A stretch of DNA of 58,548 nt, filler included, from Sphacelaria rigidula (taxonomy: Eukaryota): NCBI GenBank assembly GCA_964200075.2. It is 8 parts of 8 records of this genome, joined end to end, with 100 filler letters (N's around TTAATTAATTAA, not from the genome) between each part and the next. Parts side by side here need not be neighbours in the genome. Positions count along the whole stretch, not along the records: positions 1 to 7,232 come from CAXNAA020015847.1; positions 7,333 to 14,563 come from CAXNAA020015848.1; 6 more parts are not named here. One strand, 5' to 3'. The notes beneath the pieces were generated by a model that had not been told where the DNA came from, searched no databases, and saw only the letters and a list, made by a program, of their open reading frames with translations. Below, in pieces: positions 1 to 12,458 of this stretch (within the stretch, counting starts at the first letter, position 1; every line of letters starts with the position of its first letter). Position numbers and translations under genes: made by a program.

Positions 1-82
1 ACTTTCTCCTCCCTTTTGGGCAATCAGGCCGAAGAAATCGTGGATTTGGTGATTCGTAGTCGTGATGATTCGTCCTAACCGT
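1..82 (+). mobile_element. 3' part of a MITE family (same family as 8243-8506 and 55307-55534)
   Basis: gcaatcaggcc...gtggatttggtga...gatgattcgtcctaaccgt matches the right ends of the other two copies; followed by (TA)n. Confidence 0.7.
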
Positions 83-1146
83 CATATATATATATATATA
101 CATATATATATACTGCGTACGGTATCCAAATCTGTTGTTTATTGCAATAGACGCAATGGTCGATACTGTACACGACACATATTTTTCGACAATGTCATCT
201 ATTGTCCAGGGTGGTGTGAAGCTTTCTCGGCTGTGGTTCATTTAAATTTGCGGGCGACAGTAATATGCTGAATTACTTGAACGAGTGCCGTTCTAGCGAT
301 TTCGGTATTCGCAGCAGTCTCCGTGTTCACGCGGGGGCATTCAGCTACAGAAAGTTACACCATGAGCTCGAGAAATAAAATGCGCGATTCGATTCCCGGC
401 AAATGAATTTGTGTCGTTTTTCTTCTCTTCTGAAAAATGATACTTCGAAGTATGATTTTCCGGCGTTGAGCGCGTGAGGCGTTGAGCAGCTGGAAAAAAC
501 ACGTATGTATCGAGAATCCACGGCGTGAGGCAATGCTGCCGATTTTTTAACCCGCGTTACTAATCTGCGAGACGTGTACATTAAACGGGACAGAGATGGC
601 TTGGTAACTCCTCGACACCGCGGGCTCGTTCCGTGGGAGGTGAAAGGGGAGGGGTTGAAAGTGTGCCGAAAACAAACAAACAGAGACGCACGTTCTGTGA
701 GACCTTCTAGGAACGATCTTTGTTCATTCAGAGGAGGTTCCCGGTCGTTGTCCATCCCTGCAGTCGAAATTGTTTCCGTCACCGCGATGCTAGTTGGAGT
801 ATCCGGGGATGAGATGCTCTGGATATTTGGCTGTACTGTAAAATAGGTGATCGTGTGGCGAAATCAATCAAAAGCGAGGAGTTGTCCGGGTTTACCGTGT
901 GCAGTCGAAAGTTGGGAAAATATATGGTGCCTCGTCAAACCCACTTCGATATCCACGTGGACAACTGATACGCTACCCACGTTTGGTGTAAACATGTACA
1001 GTATTTCTGGATTCCGAGCTACAAGCGTCGATTTTTTTATTCCTCTCCGTGGAAGTCGACGAAATACGCCCATCTTATTGTGTGCGTGAACAAGTCGTGT
1101 TGGTTGACCATCTCCTTTTTTTTTTCTTTGTTGTCGTTGTTGACAG

Positions 1147-4100
1147 AAGGAGAAGTTCGCATGGGATTCAGAGCGGGGCCGCAGAGAAGGGTCTTCGAGA
1201 GCGGGAGCAAGAGAGACAGGCGTTCCAGCATCAGGTGGACGCCAGCAAGCGAACTCCTCACGATGAAGTGAGTCCTAGCAACTACACTAACTCTGTCAGC
1301 TCGCTCTCTATATATCGAGGAATACTGGTGAAGTTCAGCTATACAGCGGATTAATCAATCAGAATTATGCGGAACCCCCAGGCGTTGTCATATCGAAGAC
1401 GTTGTCATCGTTGTCAAGATAGACTTCTCATGCGCGGACCAGTTCCTTGCCGAGACGATGGGAAAAGTTGTCCTGCTGCCGCACACCATATATTGCGAAG
1501 CACCAGTTGTGTGTCGCATTTTTCGACAACCGCGCGTCATGATCCGGCGGGTACCATATTTTTCGTCTGCTGCTTGGCGTACAAAAACACCGTGGACGTT
1601 GGTAGCATGCGCCAGTCGCTCGAGGATACGATTCTTCAGGTCCTGACAGGATAACGGTTTTGAGAGGAGCGGCGCCTATTCTGCCGACTGAAGACGGGGA
1701 CCGCGGGACGGGATTGGGGGCTGCTCTTGAAAAAAAGGCGACTGATCGAAACACCAGGGAAGCGGTGAGAGGCTTAGTGGGTTCGATACACACAGCTTTC
1801 CCCCCCTATCGAGTCCACTGTAATCGTACCCAACGGAAGTTTCCTACCTCAGCGGCACTTGGGAGATGTCGATGGGGTACAACCCTGTCCCCGGTGGTAG
1901 CGCCAATTGCAGCGCTTACACAATGGCCGGGCTGGCAAAATACATTTTTTCTGTGCGCTACACGTTGATTGATCGCGTTAACTGATCTGATCCCCGGGAT
2001 AGTCATGATCCAGCGGTCTTACCACATTATCCACAAGATAGACGTACATACCCCCTAAAGGCAAACGGAAACGGAAACACCTGCTGGAAGGAAACTCGAG
2101 AAAGGGAAAAGAAAAAAGAAAAGAGAAGAAGAATGGGAGAAAGAGAAAGAGAAGGAGAAGGAGAAAGAGAGAGAAGGAGAAGGAGAGAGGGATAGCCAGA
2201 CGAAGTGAACTCGAGGACGACGAGAGACAAACGAATACAGGGAACAGAAACAGTATTGACGAAAGCAGGAGGCGCGAGATGTGTCATCGCTGAATGGTGA
2301 AGAAATGCATATACTGTGTACTCTTTTTTTCTCTTCGTACGATCAGGTGTACGAAGAGAAACGCCGGCGGTATCTTGCCGCTAGGGGGCACCCCAGGACC
2401 AGCAAGCCTGGACACCCCGCAACGGTACAATTTCAGGAACACAAGGGGAGAGCAGAGTCGCTCTCGTTGCAGCTGAAACCGTCCTCCAACACCACCACCA
2501 CCGCGACCAAAGGCGAGGAAGCCGCAAGCCGGCTCGCCCTCAAAAGAGCAGAGCATCTTGTCATGACCAACCACAATGCCGACGCGAGGCGATCCGAGAG
2601 CATTGGGGGCTTAGGAAATGTGTCTCGAGACAGCCCCGTTGACAGACTGGGAAGCGGCGTCATAGATAGGTCAGGTCCATATTCGTTAAATGATAATAGC
2701 AATGGCGCGAATCGGGATATAGGCGTAGCAGAGGCCCCGGAGGTGAAATTCATGCTGGCGACCACGGTGTCCGTTGAAGATCCCAAAGCAGAGTACGCGA
2801 GGCAACTGCGGGAACAAAGTGCGACCAACGCTGCAGCCGTTCAAAAGAAGACTAGTTCCACTGTTGGGCTTCGCACTGAGCAACCGGTTGTCGCGAGCCC
2901 TGGTGCCTTTTCTAGCTCTGCTGTTGTTGCTAACGAAGCTGTCGCGGGCAACACCCACCTCTCAGCGAAGCATGCGTTGCCGCGAACAACGGCTGGCGAG
3001 GATGATGCGCGAGGCGGTAGTGATAGTAGGGAGACTGCTGCGGCGATTGGTCGTAAGATAGAGTACGGCAGACAGCTGCGTGAGCAGATGGCCGTCGATA
3101 CCGCCTCGAGGGTTGCTGCTGCAGAGAGAGACAGAAGACCACCCCCAGGGGTAGCCACCGCTGCTAATAGTGTAAAGAAGGACAGCTGCCAAGCCGCAGC
3201 GATGAATAACCACGACCCCAAGGCTGAGTACGCTCGGCAACTGCGAGAGCAAATGGAAGAGACACGAAAAGCACGGGGTGCCGAAGAACAGAGAGAACGC
3301 GGTCAACAACCTCGCACAGTGGATAGCTTTGGGCTGAAGTGGCTTGCTGAGGCCAGCGGACGCGAACGACAGCGACGGGACTCCAAGGCGGAGTACGCTG
3401 ACCAGCTACGGGCGCAGATGGAGGCCCAGTCGACACGTGAGTATTAGCGGTGGAGCGAGCGAACGCAGCTCGTTAACCCTTGTCCGATAGGTGGCCTGAG
3501 TATGTGTCTACTTGTGAGTGAGTCCCGCACTTCATCCACGTATCAAGTGTAGAAGGGGAAATCACTTCATGGGCCTAGTCTTTGGCGGGAAACGGAAATA
3601 AAAGTGGTGGGTCAGTCCGGCCCGGGAGATGAAGTATCTTGTCCGGGCATGGTACGCTTTACGACAACCTCACGTTTTTCTAGGTGATTTTAGTCAAAGT
3701 TTTGTTCATGTTGTAGGTAGCATTTACCGCCGTGAGTGAACGCAAAGCTGACGGGGATGCGCTCTCCAATGTCACCCGAAAGGTTTTGCAGCTCGATTCT
3801 AGCCCGTGTCACCTCCTGGACGAAGGAATACAATATCAGTACAGTAATTGGGGAAGGGTTATCGCTCATCGGTGCTAGGTCCTACCACACTTCGGCGTCC
3901 ACTGCCACAATTCGCCGTGCGTACTTTATTGAACCACGGTGGCACTCCACAAAGCTTAAGTTACCCCAGTGCTCCGTAGGGTTGCGGCAGTACATGCTCA
4001 CGCCTTTATACGAGTATCTTGAACGAGTCATGGCCGTCACCCTCGCGGTCGCATGACAACTCGCTTCGCTCCTACGAGATAGACACTAGTCCTTCTGGTA

Positions 4101-5387
4101 CGGCGTTGAACACAATCACAGGTCGAGAAGGAGCAGGGCAGAGAGTGACTGTTGATGAGGGGTCGAAGCACAGAAGACGTCCGTCCGAGCAGCAGTCGTC
4201 GAACCCTTCGGCCCACGAAGGGTCGCCAGATCTTCTTGCGCTGGAGAGGCAAGCGATGCTAGTTTAGGCATTTTGTCGTTTGTCTCACTTAGGAGAGGCA
4301 TTCGTTCATCCTCGCGTTGATTATCACGTATGTCTGTCTCTCTCTCTGTCTCTGTCTCTGCGCCATGCTGGTTGATGATTGTGCATGTCTGACTTTCGGC
4401 TGGAGACAGCCGTAGCTTTGTCGCACAACACTTGAGAGGAGATCGCATGAAAGCGTGATTAGTCTGCAGTAAAGTCCCGTCGTGATCCGGGAAAGGATCC
4501 TTCTCCCACATGCCGCCTCACGCGCGCTGAGTTGAAAGAGGAAACGGTATATGACGATATTGGATGCTACGGTGGTGTTCGCGGAAATTATGTAACCCGG
4601 ACGTTGTTGCTTTCTGTGCACATGCACCCTCCTCGACGCACTGTCAGCAGGCAAAAACAGGTGGAACAGCAACGCGCTTACGCAGAGGCGCTCCGACGCG
4701 ACATCTCCGCTCCGAAAGTGGACTCCCTGGGAAGGTGAGCGCATCGCGTCGGTGTTGAAGGTGGTTGGGGGTTGCGACGAGACAACAGATACTGAGCCGC
4801 CACGTTGTACATTTTTCATGCAAACGCCGTACTAACAGGAAATTCAGCGATATTCCGTCGCTTGTCGGATACAAGTACCAAGTTATCGGAAAATAATGTG
4901 AATGTGTTCGATGAATGTATGGTATCGCAGACGCTTATCACCTCCGCGATCGCGGTGGTTGATGCCGTCTTTACATGTGATGTACTACTATACTGTCAAT
5001 GGAGTGGAAGAACGCTTCTCCTTTATTTTTGTAGAAACGCACGCTAAATCGTGTACCAGAAAAACGGCTCACAATTCTCGGATTGTTTGCCGTTTCAGAC
5101 CTGTGTCAGACCTCACGGGTACCAGCCGACGTCCCCATATACACTCCAACAACCGGAGCCGCCACTACAACGACGGCCACGCCGACGCATCATACAGCGG
5201 CCGGAGAGATCATCATCAGCAACAACAGTATTTGGGTCAAAACGGCACGTTCTCAGCACGACAACACCATCACGCCGGTAACGGTAGACATAGCAATCAT
5301 CACAACCATCAACAACAACATCACCAACATCAGGGACCGGGAGCCTACCTCAAGCCCCAACCTCTCGACGCATGGCAGACGCAGCAG

Positions 5388-5432
<45 letters not shown>

Positions 5433-6707
5433 CGACAATGGCAGCAACTCCCATCTCCTCGAGCATCCAACGATAGTAGTGCTCGAGAATCTCAAGATCG
5501 GGATACACTTTCTCATCACACGGATGGCAGAAGTAGGAGCGTTTACGGCGATGATGAAAGGCGGGCCTACTACTCATCAACGAGCAACGCACACACAGCG
5601 CAGCAACACCCCCGCGGACCTCCCGCGTCAGGTACATGGCACATCGACGGGAGACCGGAGTATCGGAGGAACGAAGATCGCAGCTGGCGCGAGCAAGAGT
5701 ACGATCGGCATGCTCATCCCGCCACACGACCGGGGTATTACGACCCCGGACTGTTAAAAGCTCAACAGCAAAGAGCACACGGGTACGGGAGGAATGATGA
5801 GGTTCACGGGCCGCCATCGTTGCAGGTGCTACCGCAGCCCCCACCAGCACAGGAGGCACTACGCGAGTATCGAGGCAGTGAAGCTCCGTGGGACCGCAAC
5901 ACAGCTGTGAATAGAGCGGAACCTGGACAACAAGAGCCCAAAATCGGGACTGGGTTTTTTCCTGGGGGTGCTTTATCGGCTGGTGGACCTGTCGGTCCCC
6001 CGTATGACTATTATCGGCGGCAGCAGCAGCAGCAACAACAACAACAAGAGCAGCAACAGTATCACCAATGGAGTTTAGGAGCAACCCGAACTAGCACAAT
6101 GCACAACCCAGTAGGTGTTGACGAGCTGGCCAAGATTAAGGCCAAAAAGGATGCTTATCGCAGGGATCTCGAAATTCAGGCAAGAGACTCGGAGGGTGTA
6201 CTCATGATCATGCATGCCATAGTCATAAGACCGTGGCCCTGCATCCTTACAAAGCCGGGACGGAGCACGCCGAGTCGGAGAAGGAGGGGGCGTACTCGTT
6301 TGTTGCTTTCCTGAGTCATTTGACCATCAATCACGCATCCCTTTCGAGACGGAGTACTAAGAGACTCGGGAGGGAGGAAGAGGGGAGACGCACAGAAAAT
6401 GAGATACAACGCATGAGGGGACTTTTGGTGCCGTCATCGAGCGTGAGGGCTAAGGCATAAGAACCTTACATATCGATAGGGTATGGCTGTTCTCGGGTGC
6501 GTCTAGGTTGCTACTCCTGCGGCCGTCAGCCCATTCATTCCCGCTTGGTCCTTGTGCGGCTCAGTGGAATACCAATAATTTGCTCGTGCTGAAGCACCTG
6601 CTGACTCCAACCGAATCGACTCGCACCAAAATCAGGTTGCGGAGCATAAGCGGCGAGTAGAGCGTCAGAAACGTGGCAAGCCGGAACCGGGCTCTAAGGA
6701 GGCTGAG
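1147..6707 (+). CDS. Partial multi-exon gene for a coiled-coil/low-complexity protein with repeated K-x-EYARQLREQ motifs (possibly CSPP1/CCDC66-like centrosomal/ciliary). Exons about 1147-1267, 1606-1764, 2347-3436, 4083-4248, 4651-4734, 5099-6179, 6636-6707
   Basis: Exons join in frame across AG acceptors and GT/GC donors. Motifs: KAEYARQLREQ (x2), KIEYGRQLREQ, KAEYADQLRAQ, QRAYAEALRRD, KDAYRRDLEIQ|VAEHKRR. PolyQ tracts are present. The family assignment is inference only. Confidence 0.75.
2095..2280. repeat. GA-rich low-complexity intronic tract
   Basis: Runs of gaga/gaag/gaaa. Confidence 0.8.
5381..5433 (+). repeat. (CAG/CAA)n coding microsatellite (polyQ); second tract at about 6021-6058
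   Basis: Seen directly in the sequence, inside exon 5099-6179. Confidence 0.9.
6195..6358 (+). mobile_element. Short interspersed repeat: a subfamily A copy followed directly by a subfamily B copy
   Basis: A: gggtgtactcatgatcatgcatgccatagtcataagacc...gggacggagcacgccgag. B: ggcgtactc(a)tttgttgcttgcct.agtcatttgaccat..accacgcatccctttcgagacggag. Confidence 0.85.
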
Positions 6708-7232
6708 GTATTTGTCCTGCAGCAGGCCATGGAAAGGAGAAATAAAGTACAGGTACACACACGTATATATGTATAAGCAGCAACGGTTGAGACATGTGTG
6801 AGTGTGAACGTACTTCACCTCTCCTGCAGCAGTAGTTCGAAGATTAGACTTTTACAATCGAGTTCTTGCATAAGAGAAAACATGTCGCCGATTCAAAAAC
6901 GAGACACGCTGGCGTCTCACCACGCACACCACTCCCGAACTCCGCCCATGATACTAGAGAAGTTGATACTCAACAGATCTCGTCCTGGGTATGCATGAAA
7001 TACCCAAGGCAAGAGGCCACGGGTAAAATGCACTGCAGCACACGTGATACAGGCTCGCCGTTGTGTTGGGTTGTCGGCTCCCACGAATTTTAGGGCATGT
7101 CATGTGTATGCATTGTATACCAGGTCATATTTGTTCTCCGAGTCATGCTGTACGATAGGACGGCGGGGGAGGGGGGTGTACTCATGATCATGCATGCCAT
7201 AGTCATAAGACCATTGACCTCGCATCCCTACA

Positions 7233-7332
7233 NNNNNNNNNNNNNNNNNNNNNNNNNNNNNNNNNNNNNNNNNNNNTTAATTAATTAANNNNNNNNNNNN
7301 NNNNNNNNNNNNNNNNNNNNNNNNNNNNNNNN
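7233..7332. other. Artificial 100-bp contig linker (N44-TTAATTAATTAA-N44); also at 14564-14663, 21895-21994, 29226-29325, 36557-36656, 43888-43987, 51219-51318
   Basis: Seven identical linkers recur every 7331 bp; TTAATTAATTAA puts stop codons in all six frames. Confidence 0.98.
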
Positions 7333-8242
7333 GAAAGTACGGCATCATATGGGCCCGGGGAGGGGGAGGGGAGGGGGAGGGAGGGGAGAGGGGGGCAATT
7401 TGAAGCGCACGGGAGGTCATCTTCACCTCGGAAACTGCTAAGAACAAAAAACAAGGGGGGACAATGAGGAGAAAAGATCGCTCGCGTTTTATCCTTCCTC
7501 CTGCTCGATTTTTGTGTTTAGCGAGTTTGTGTCTGCGCGTATTCTTCTTGGGGGTACACATCTATGCTGTGGCCCACTGACACTTTCGTACGAAGTCATT
7601 GCACACGAATTAACAGTGAATTCATTCATCAAACCTCGTCAATAACGATCGCAAATCGCTAACCATACAAGAGCCCCGCACAGTCCCACGCTTCAGATCA
7701 ATAATCCCACCGACAATGCTCTGCGGCAAAAACGCCTACCCCCGACAGTCAAAACGAAACGCGATCCCTGAACTGCGTTGACATGAAAAAAAAGAAGTTG
7801 ATTTATCATGTTCAGTGAAGTAAGTCAGCAGTTTTGACCACTTGGTCGATTAGAACCTTCCCGGAATTGTATTACTTGATTTGAGTGTAAACACCAATAT
7901 TCGGATCTTTAGCGGGGCTGACAAGCCCAACTGCCCCTCGCGTGCGCAGAACGCGTTTTCGTCATAATCGGTGCCTGCGGCGCCATGTCGAGGTCTGCCA
8001 ACCCCGCACTTTGCCTAGGGAACGCTTAACACCCCCCTCGCCCGAGGGTTGTCGGTATGCCTTGGGTTGGGGTTAGGGTTAGGGTCAGCGTTATTTTAAA
8101 AAAGATGTTTCCGAGAAAAATTCGTCATCGACCAAGTGGTGAACACACCTCATGTAAGTTACCGTCACGACAACATCTCGCCGTCACACGCGCACCATAC
8201 ACTTTTCGAGGAAGTGTTGTGGGAGAGAGAGGTCACGGTTCT

Positions 8243-8506
8243 ACGGTCGGACGAATGAATGATTCAACGATTCGTCCGGAAACTACTTGATTTTAGTGTA
8301 ATTGATTCGCACCGTATGAATCAATCCTCAGGCTTTGTTTTCGGCGTTGCAGCCCAGGTACGCGAACCCAAGGCACGTGGAATGGCGCGAAGATTGCGTG
8401 GAGATCTTTTCGACCAGCGGTCGTTTTTTTTTCTCTCTTTCGAGCAATCACGCCTGAAAAATTGTGGATTTGGTGACCCGAATCGGCGATGATTCGTCCG
8501 AACCGT
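8243..8506. mobile_element. MITE with TIR ACGGT(T)CGGACGAAT
   Basis: Left acggtcggacgaat, right attcgtccgaaccgt; homologous along its length to 55307-55534. Confidence 0.75.
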
Positions 8507-8731
8507 CGAAGGGTTCCCAGTTCTATTTATCACGATATCCACCGATACCACAACAGGAGCATCAACCAACTCAAGCGTAAACACCGCCCGCCTCAGCTTT
8601 CACGTCACAGCCACGGCATGTCCCAGGGCACAAGAACCTTCACCACACGGAGTGAGAGAACTTCCGCCTTCATTTTTGCCATGCACGAAATGGTGCTATG
8701 GTAGGCACGGGGGGGTGGGGGTAGGGTTGAG

Positions 8732-8930
8732 GGTGTGCGTACTCATGATTTTGCATTCCGTAGTCCTACGACCATTGACCTCGCATCCTTTCAAAGCCGA
8801 AACGGAGCACGCCGAGTTTTCGCCGGACCAGGCTCGCACTCAACCAATCAAGCGCGAAGCGCCGTGATGTGTCCGGCGAGTCGCGTGAGGGGTGAGCTGC
8901 ATCCTGCCCAGATTGTTCGGCCCGAAGCCT
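8732..8930 (+). mobile_element. Longest copy (about 200 bp) of interspersed repeat A; other copies at 7175-7232(+), 9440-9633(-), 9732-9929(-), 48621-48705(+), 56620-56762(+)
   Basis: Shared core gtactcatgat...gaccattgacctcgcatcc...gagcacgccg...tcgccggaccaggctcgca...gcgcgaagcgccgtgatgtgt...gattgttcggcccgaagc. Confidence 0.85.
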
Positions 8931-10480
8931 ACTGATTGTCTTGCATTTGGATGACAGCCTACGATGAGTTGCTTCAATTCCCAGCATCGCCACTTCCAGA
9001 GACAGCCACGGGCTACACTGCCTCATGGGCGTCTCACCATTTGAACACTACGTAGTACGATCATCCCAACTGCGCGGAGTTGAGGTTCTCCCACGCCGCA
9101 CAGCATTTTCTAGCTCGTCTACCACCATGGTCACCGCAAAAAAAAATACAAGCGAGGAAAAAAGGGTCACCTGGTTACGTAGCTTACATAGCTTACGCAG
9201 TGTGTAGCGTGTATCAGCGTCATTGCCAACCCCCGCCAACCCTTGAACGGGGGAAAGGAGTCAGCTACTTCTTGGGTAAATCAGTCACTTTGAAGTTACA
9301 CTGATAATATCAACTCAACACACGCCTTCACATCGCTAGAGAACAATTTCAGCCACACGCAAGCGCACGATGAGTACGAGAGGCCGTCTAGCACACCCAT
9401 GAATCCCATTGTTTCGTGCCATGCGAAACAATGAGGTCGTGCTTCGGGCCGAACAATCTCAGCAGGATGCAGCTCGCTCTTCATGCAATTCGTCAAACAC
9501 ATCACGGCGCTTCGCGTCGGTGATTGATTGCCAGTCTGATCCGGCGAAAAACTGGCGTGCATCGTCCCAGCTTTGTAGGGATGCGAGGTCAATGGTATTA
9601 TAACTACGGCATGCAAGATGGTGAGTACACCCCATGAGGCCGTGTAAGCTGCGGCTGTTTCTGGAAATGGCGACGCCAGAAAATGAAGCAACTTACTGCC
9701 GGCTGTCATCCACTTGCAAGATAATTAGTACGCTTCGGGCTGAACAATCTTACTTACTAGGATGTGGCTAACCCTTCATGCGACTTGCCGAACACATGAC
9801 GGCGCTTCGCGCTTGGCGATTGACTGCGAGTCTGCTCCGGCGAAAACCCGGCGTGCTCCTTCCCGACTTCGTAGGGATGCGAGGTCAATGGTCTTACGAT
9901 TACGGAACGCAAGATCATGAGTACACCCCCTCAAAGTAAACAAAGTAAACAAAGCACGGCTTTCGACACCATTGCAAAAATTATTGCGATATGCTTGATG
10001 CGTAAAAATAAAATAAAAACTCAATGATGATGATGATGACCGGTAGCAACTTTAATTTTTCAAAAATGGGCGTCACAAGGTTACTAGTAGACCGATTATT
10101 GATTCATTAAATTAGATCAGATTAGATCCAATTTGATCGACAGATTGACTGTCGCTCATTAACCGACCTCTCCAGATACAGCCATGGTCATTCGAAGGAC
10201 GCACCCGGGGCAAATAAAATGGAGACGGTCGCTGACGAAGGCAAACTCGACAACGAGGGAAAGCGAATATAGATGAAGGGAGACTAGAAAAGCTCGGAAA
10301 TGGTTTGGTCATCGAGCAGCGCAGCCGCGAGCAGAAAAGCCCCCCCCCCCCTCCCTGCCAGATAGGGCCCCCGCTGCAGGCATCGTACCGGAGGCACGTT
10401 TTTAGGCGATTTCACATCACGAAAGCAAACAAAAAAACGTACTTTTTGGGCGAATTTTCAAGGGCTCCATGTAGCATACA

Positions 10481-10587
10481 TAGCCGGTACAGTAACGGTA
10501 AATAATGGTTTGAAACCCTTCCGCGAAATGTTCATATAACCATTATAATGATAATGACCAGTTATACCTGGTACCGTTTCTCAGCTC
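10481..10587 (-). repeat. Dispersed repeat fragment homologous to 36385-36520(+)
   Basis: Reverse complement gagctgagaaacggtacc..aactggtcattatcatt..gttatatgaa..ttcaaaccatt..ttaccg matches the 36385-36520 segment. Confidence 0.6.
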
Positions 10588-12458
10588 TAGAGAAAATAAT
10601 AAAACTGACGAAAGAAAGTGACGGTAAAGTTACTGTGAACACAACTTTGCACGCACGAAAATCTGGGAAGCTCCGCCTTCGTGAGGCGATGTTGGTCGGC
10701 AGATTCACCTCTCGGACCCCTCATGTCCCTTCAAGGAAAAAATTTCGGCCAGCTTAGAGGGAAGCAGGTCCGCCATCCGTTTCCTTGTTGACTTTTTTTG
10801 GTAGGACTGGGAAAAGCTGCACGGGTTCGAACAGTATATATCAGAAACATCAAACGTCAACATGCATGGAATCAATCTCAGGACCTTTCCCAGCAAGCCC
10901 AAAATTTTCTTCCCGCGTGATTTGCGGGGCACGAAAACTGACTCCAAGGACCAACATAATCTTCGACAAGATTGAACTCCCCATCTCCAGATTTGCGTTG
11001 TGGAAGATTCATGAATGAGAGCTCATACCCCAGAGAAGTCTGGCCGAAAAGGCTGACCTGCCATCAGTTGCTACAGTTTTTTTGCTTTGGTTGGGTACGA
11101 TTGCATATACTTTTGCACAAGACCTTTTCCACCTGAAGCCATTATTCAGAGACCGGCCATTTCTAGCTCATTTTTTTCTTGTCTTGTTTTGTGTCCAGAG
11201 CAATGCTACGGTAGGGGTACCTTTTTTGCGCAAAATCTTTTCTGGTTCAGGGGCACCTAACGATTCTGGATGCACTAAAATAGGGGTCAGGGCATCCCTG
11301 TTTGCAAATTCTACGGGATATCCCTAGCACATCAGAATAGTAATCCTGGCGTACTCTCACATATTTCACAAGTAGTACTTCGGATGAGATAAAGGGCTCC
11401 TGACAATTATAACACCAAAACATACTTGTGCACCCCTACCATAGCATCCCTCTGCATGTGTCTGTGTTTTTCCAGGTCTGCTGCGTCTGCCAGTTTCACC
11501 CTTCGGTTTTTCTTTCATTTTTCTTTTCATCGAGCGTTTCCGTTCTGTTTACTCCGTGTACATCTGTCGTGTGGATAATGACAGGTGGGTCCCTCAGACA
11601 TCAGACAGTGTGCGACAATCAATCGATCAGCAGGCTCGTGCCCGTGACCATCGCTACTTCAACAATAGTTGCATTCAAAGACTCTTCCGATTTAAAAGCC
11701 CTGGCACCCTTGTCACCGCGGCTGGACAAGTACTCGTAGCGCATCCGTTCATCTGACAAAACTAACCACACGTCCGACGCATCATCTGTCTGAAACAACT
11801 AATCGAACAAGACTCTCGAGTCCGTTGATCCAAAAACACAAAATATGTGACCGCGGAGTCAAATACGCCAAAGCGCCGCATTTGCACTTCTCGGCGTGCT
11901 CAGCGTCCGGCGCCGTAACGAGCAAACGTGAAAAAGGGGGGTCAAATGATCTGGATCATGATCCAGATCAGTATACTGAGAAGAAGTAAATTAATGTAAT
12001 GATTATTCAATTTGATATTTAAATTTCAGTAATAATAGTTTTCAGACGGATCATGATCTATCCGACGGATGAAACCAAAACCAACTAACCAGCCTACCAC
12101 GCGATCAACCAGTCAACGTTCATCACAACACAAGCTAAGGGGTCAGTCCATACCTCGGACAATGACAACACATGGTCGATAGTTGATAATTGCAATACAC
12201 GGAAAAAAATGCACCGCGGAAAGTATAGGCATGTTGCACCTGTAAAAGGCCTTTTCTTTACGCGGTACATTTTTTTTTTCGTATATTGCAACAATTGACC
12301 ATGTATTGTCCAAGGTGTAGAAGCATTACACACAAAAAAGCGAAACGCTGAACGCTCAACCTGGGACCCAGGACGCGGAGCGAGACCAACCCGACCCAAC
12401 CCAAACCCCAAAGCCAACTGAATCAGAGTAAAGAGATGGACTAGTGAGGTTAACCTAC

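Noticed and set aside
6561-6818. Minus-strand exon-like ORF (DKYLSLLRARF...)
   Set aside because: It is the antisense shadow of plus-strand exon 6636-6707, which continues the contig 1 gene logically.
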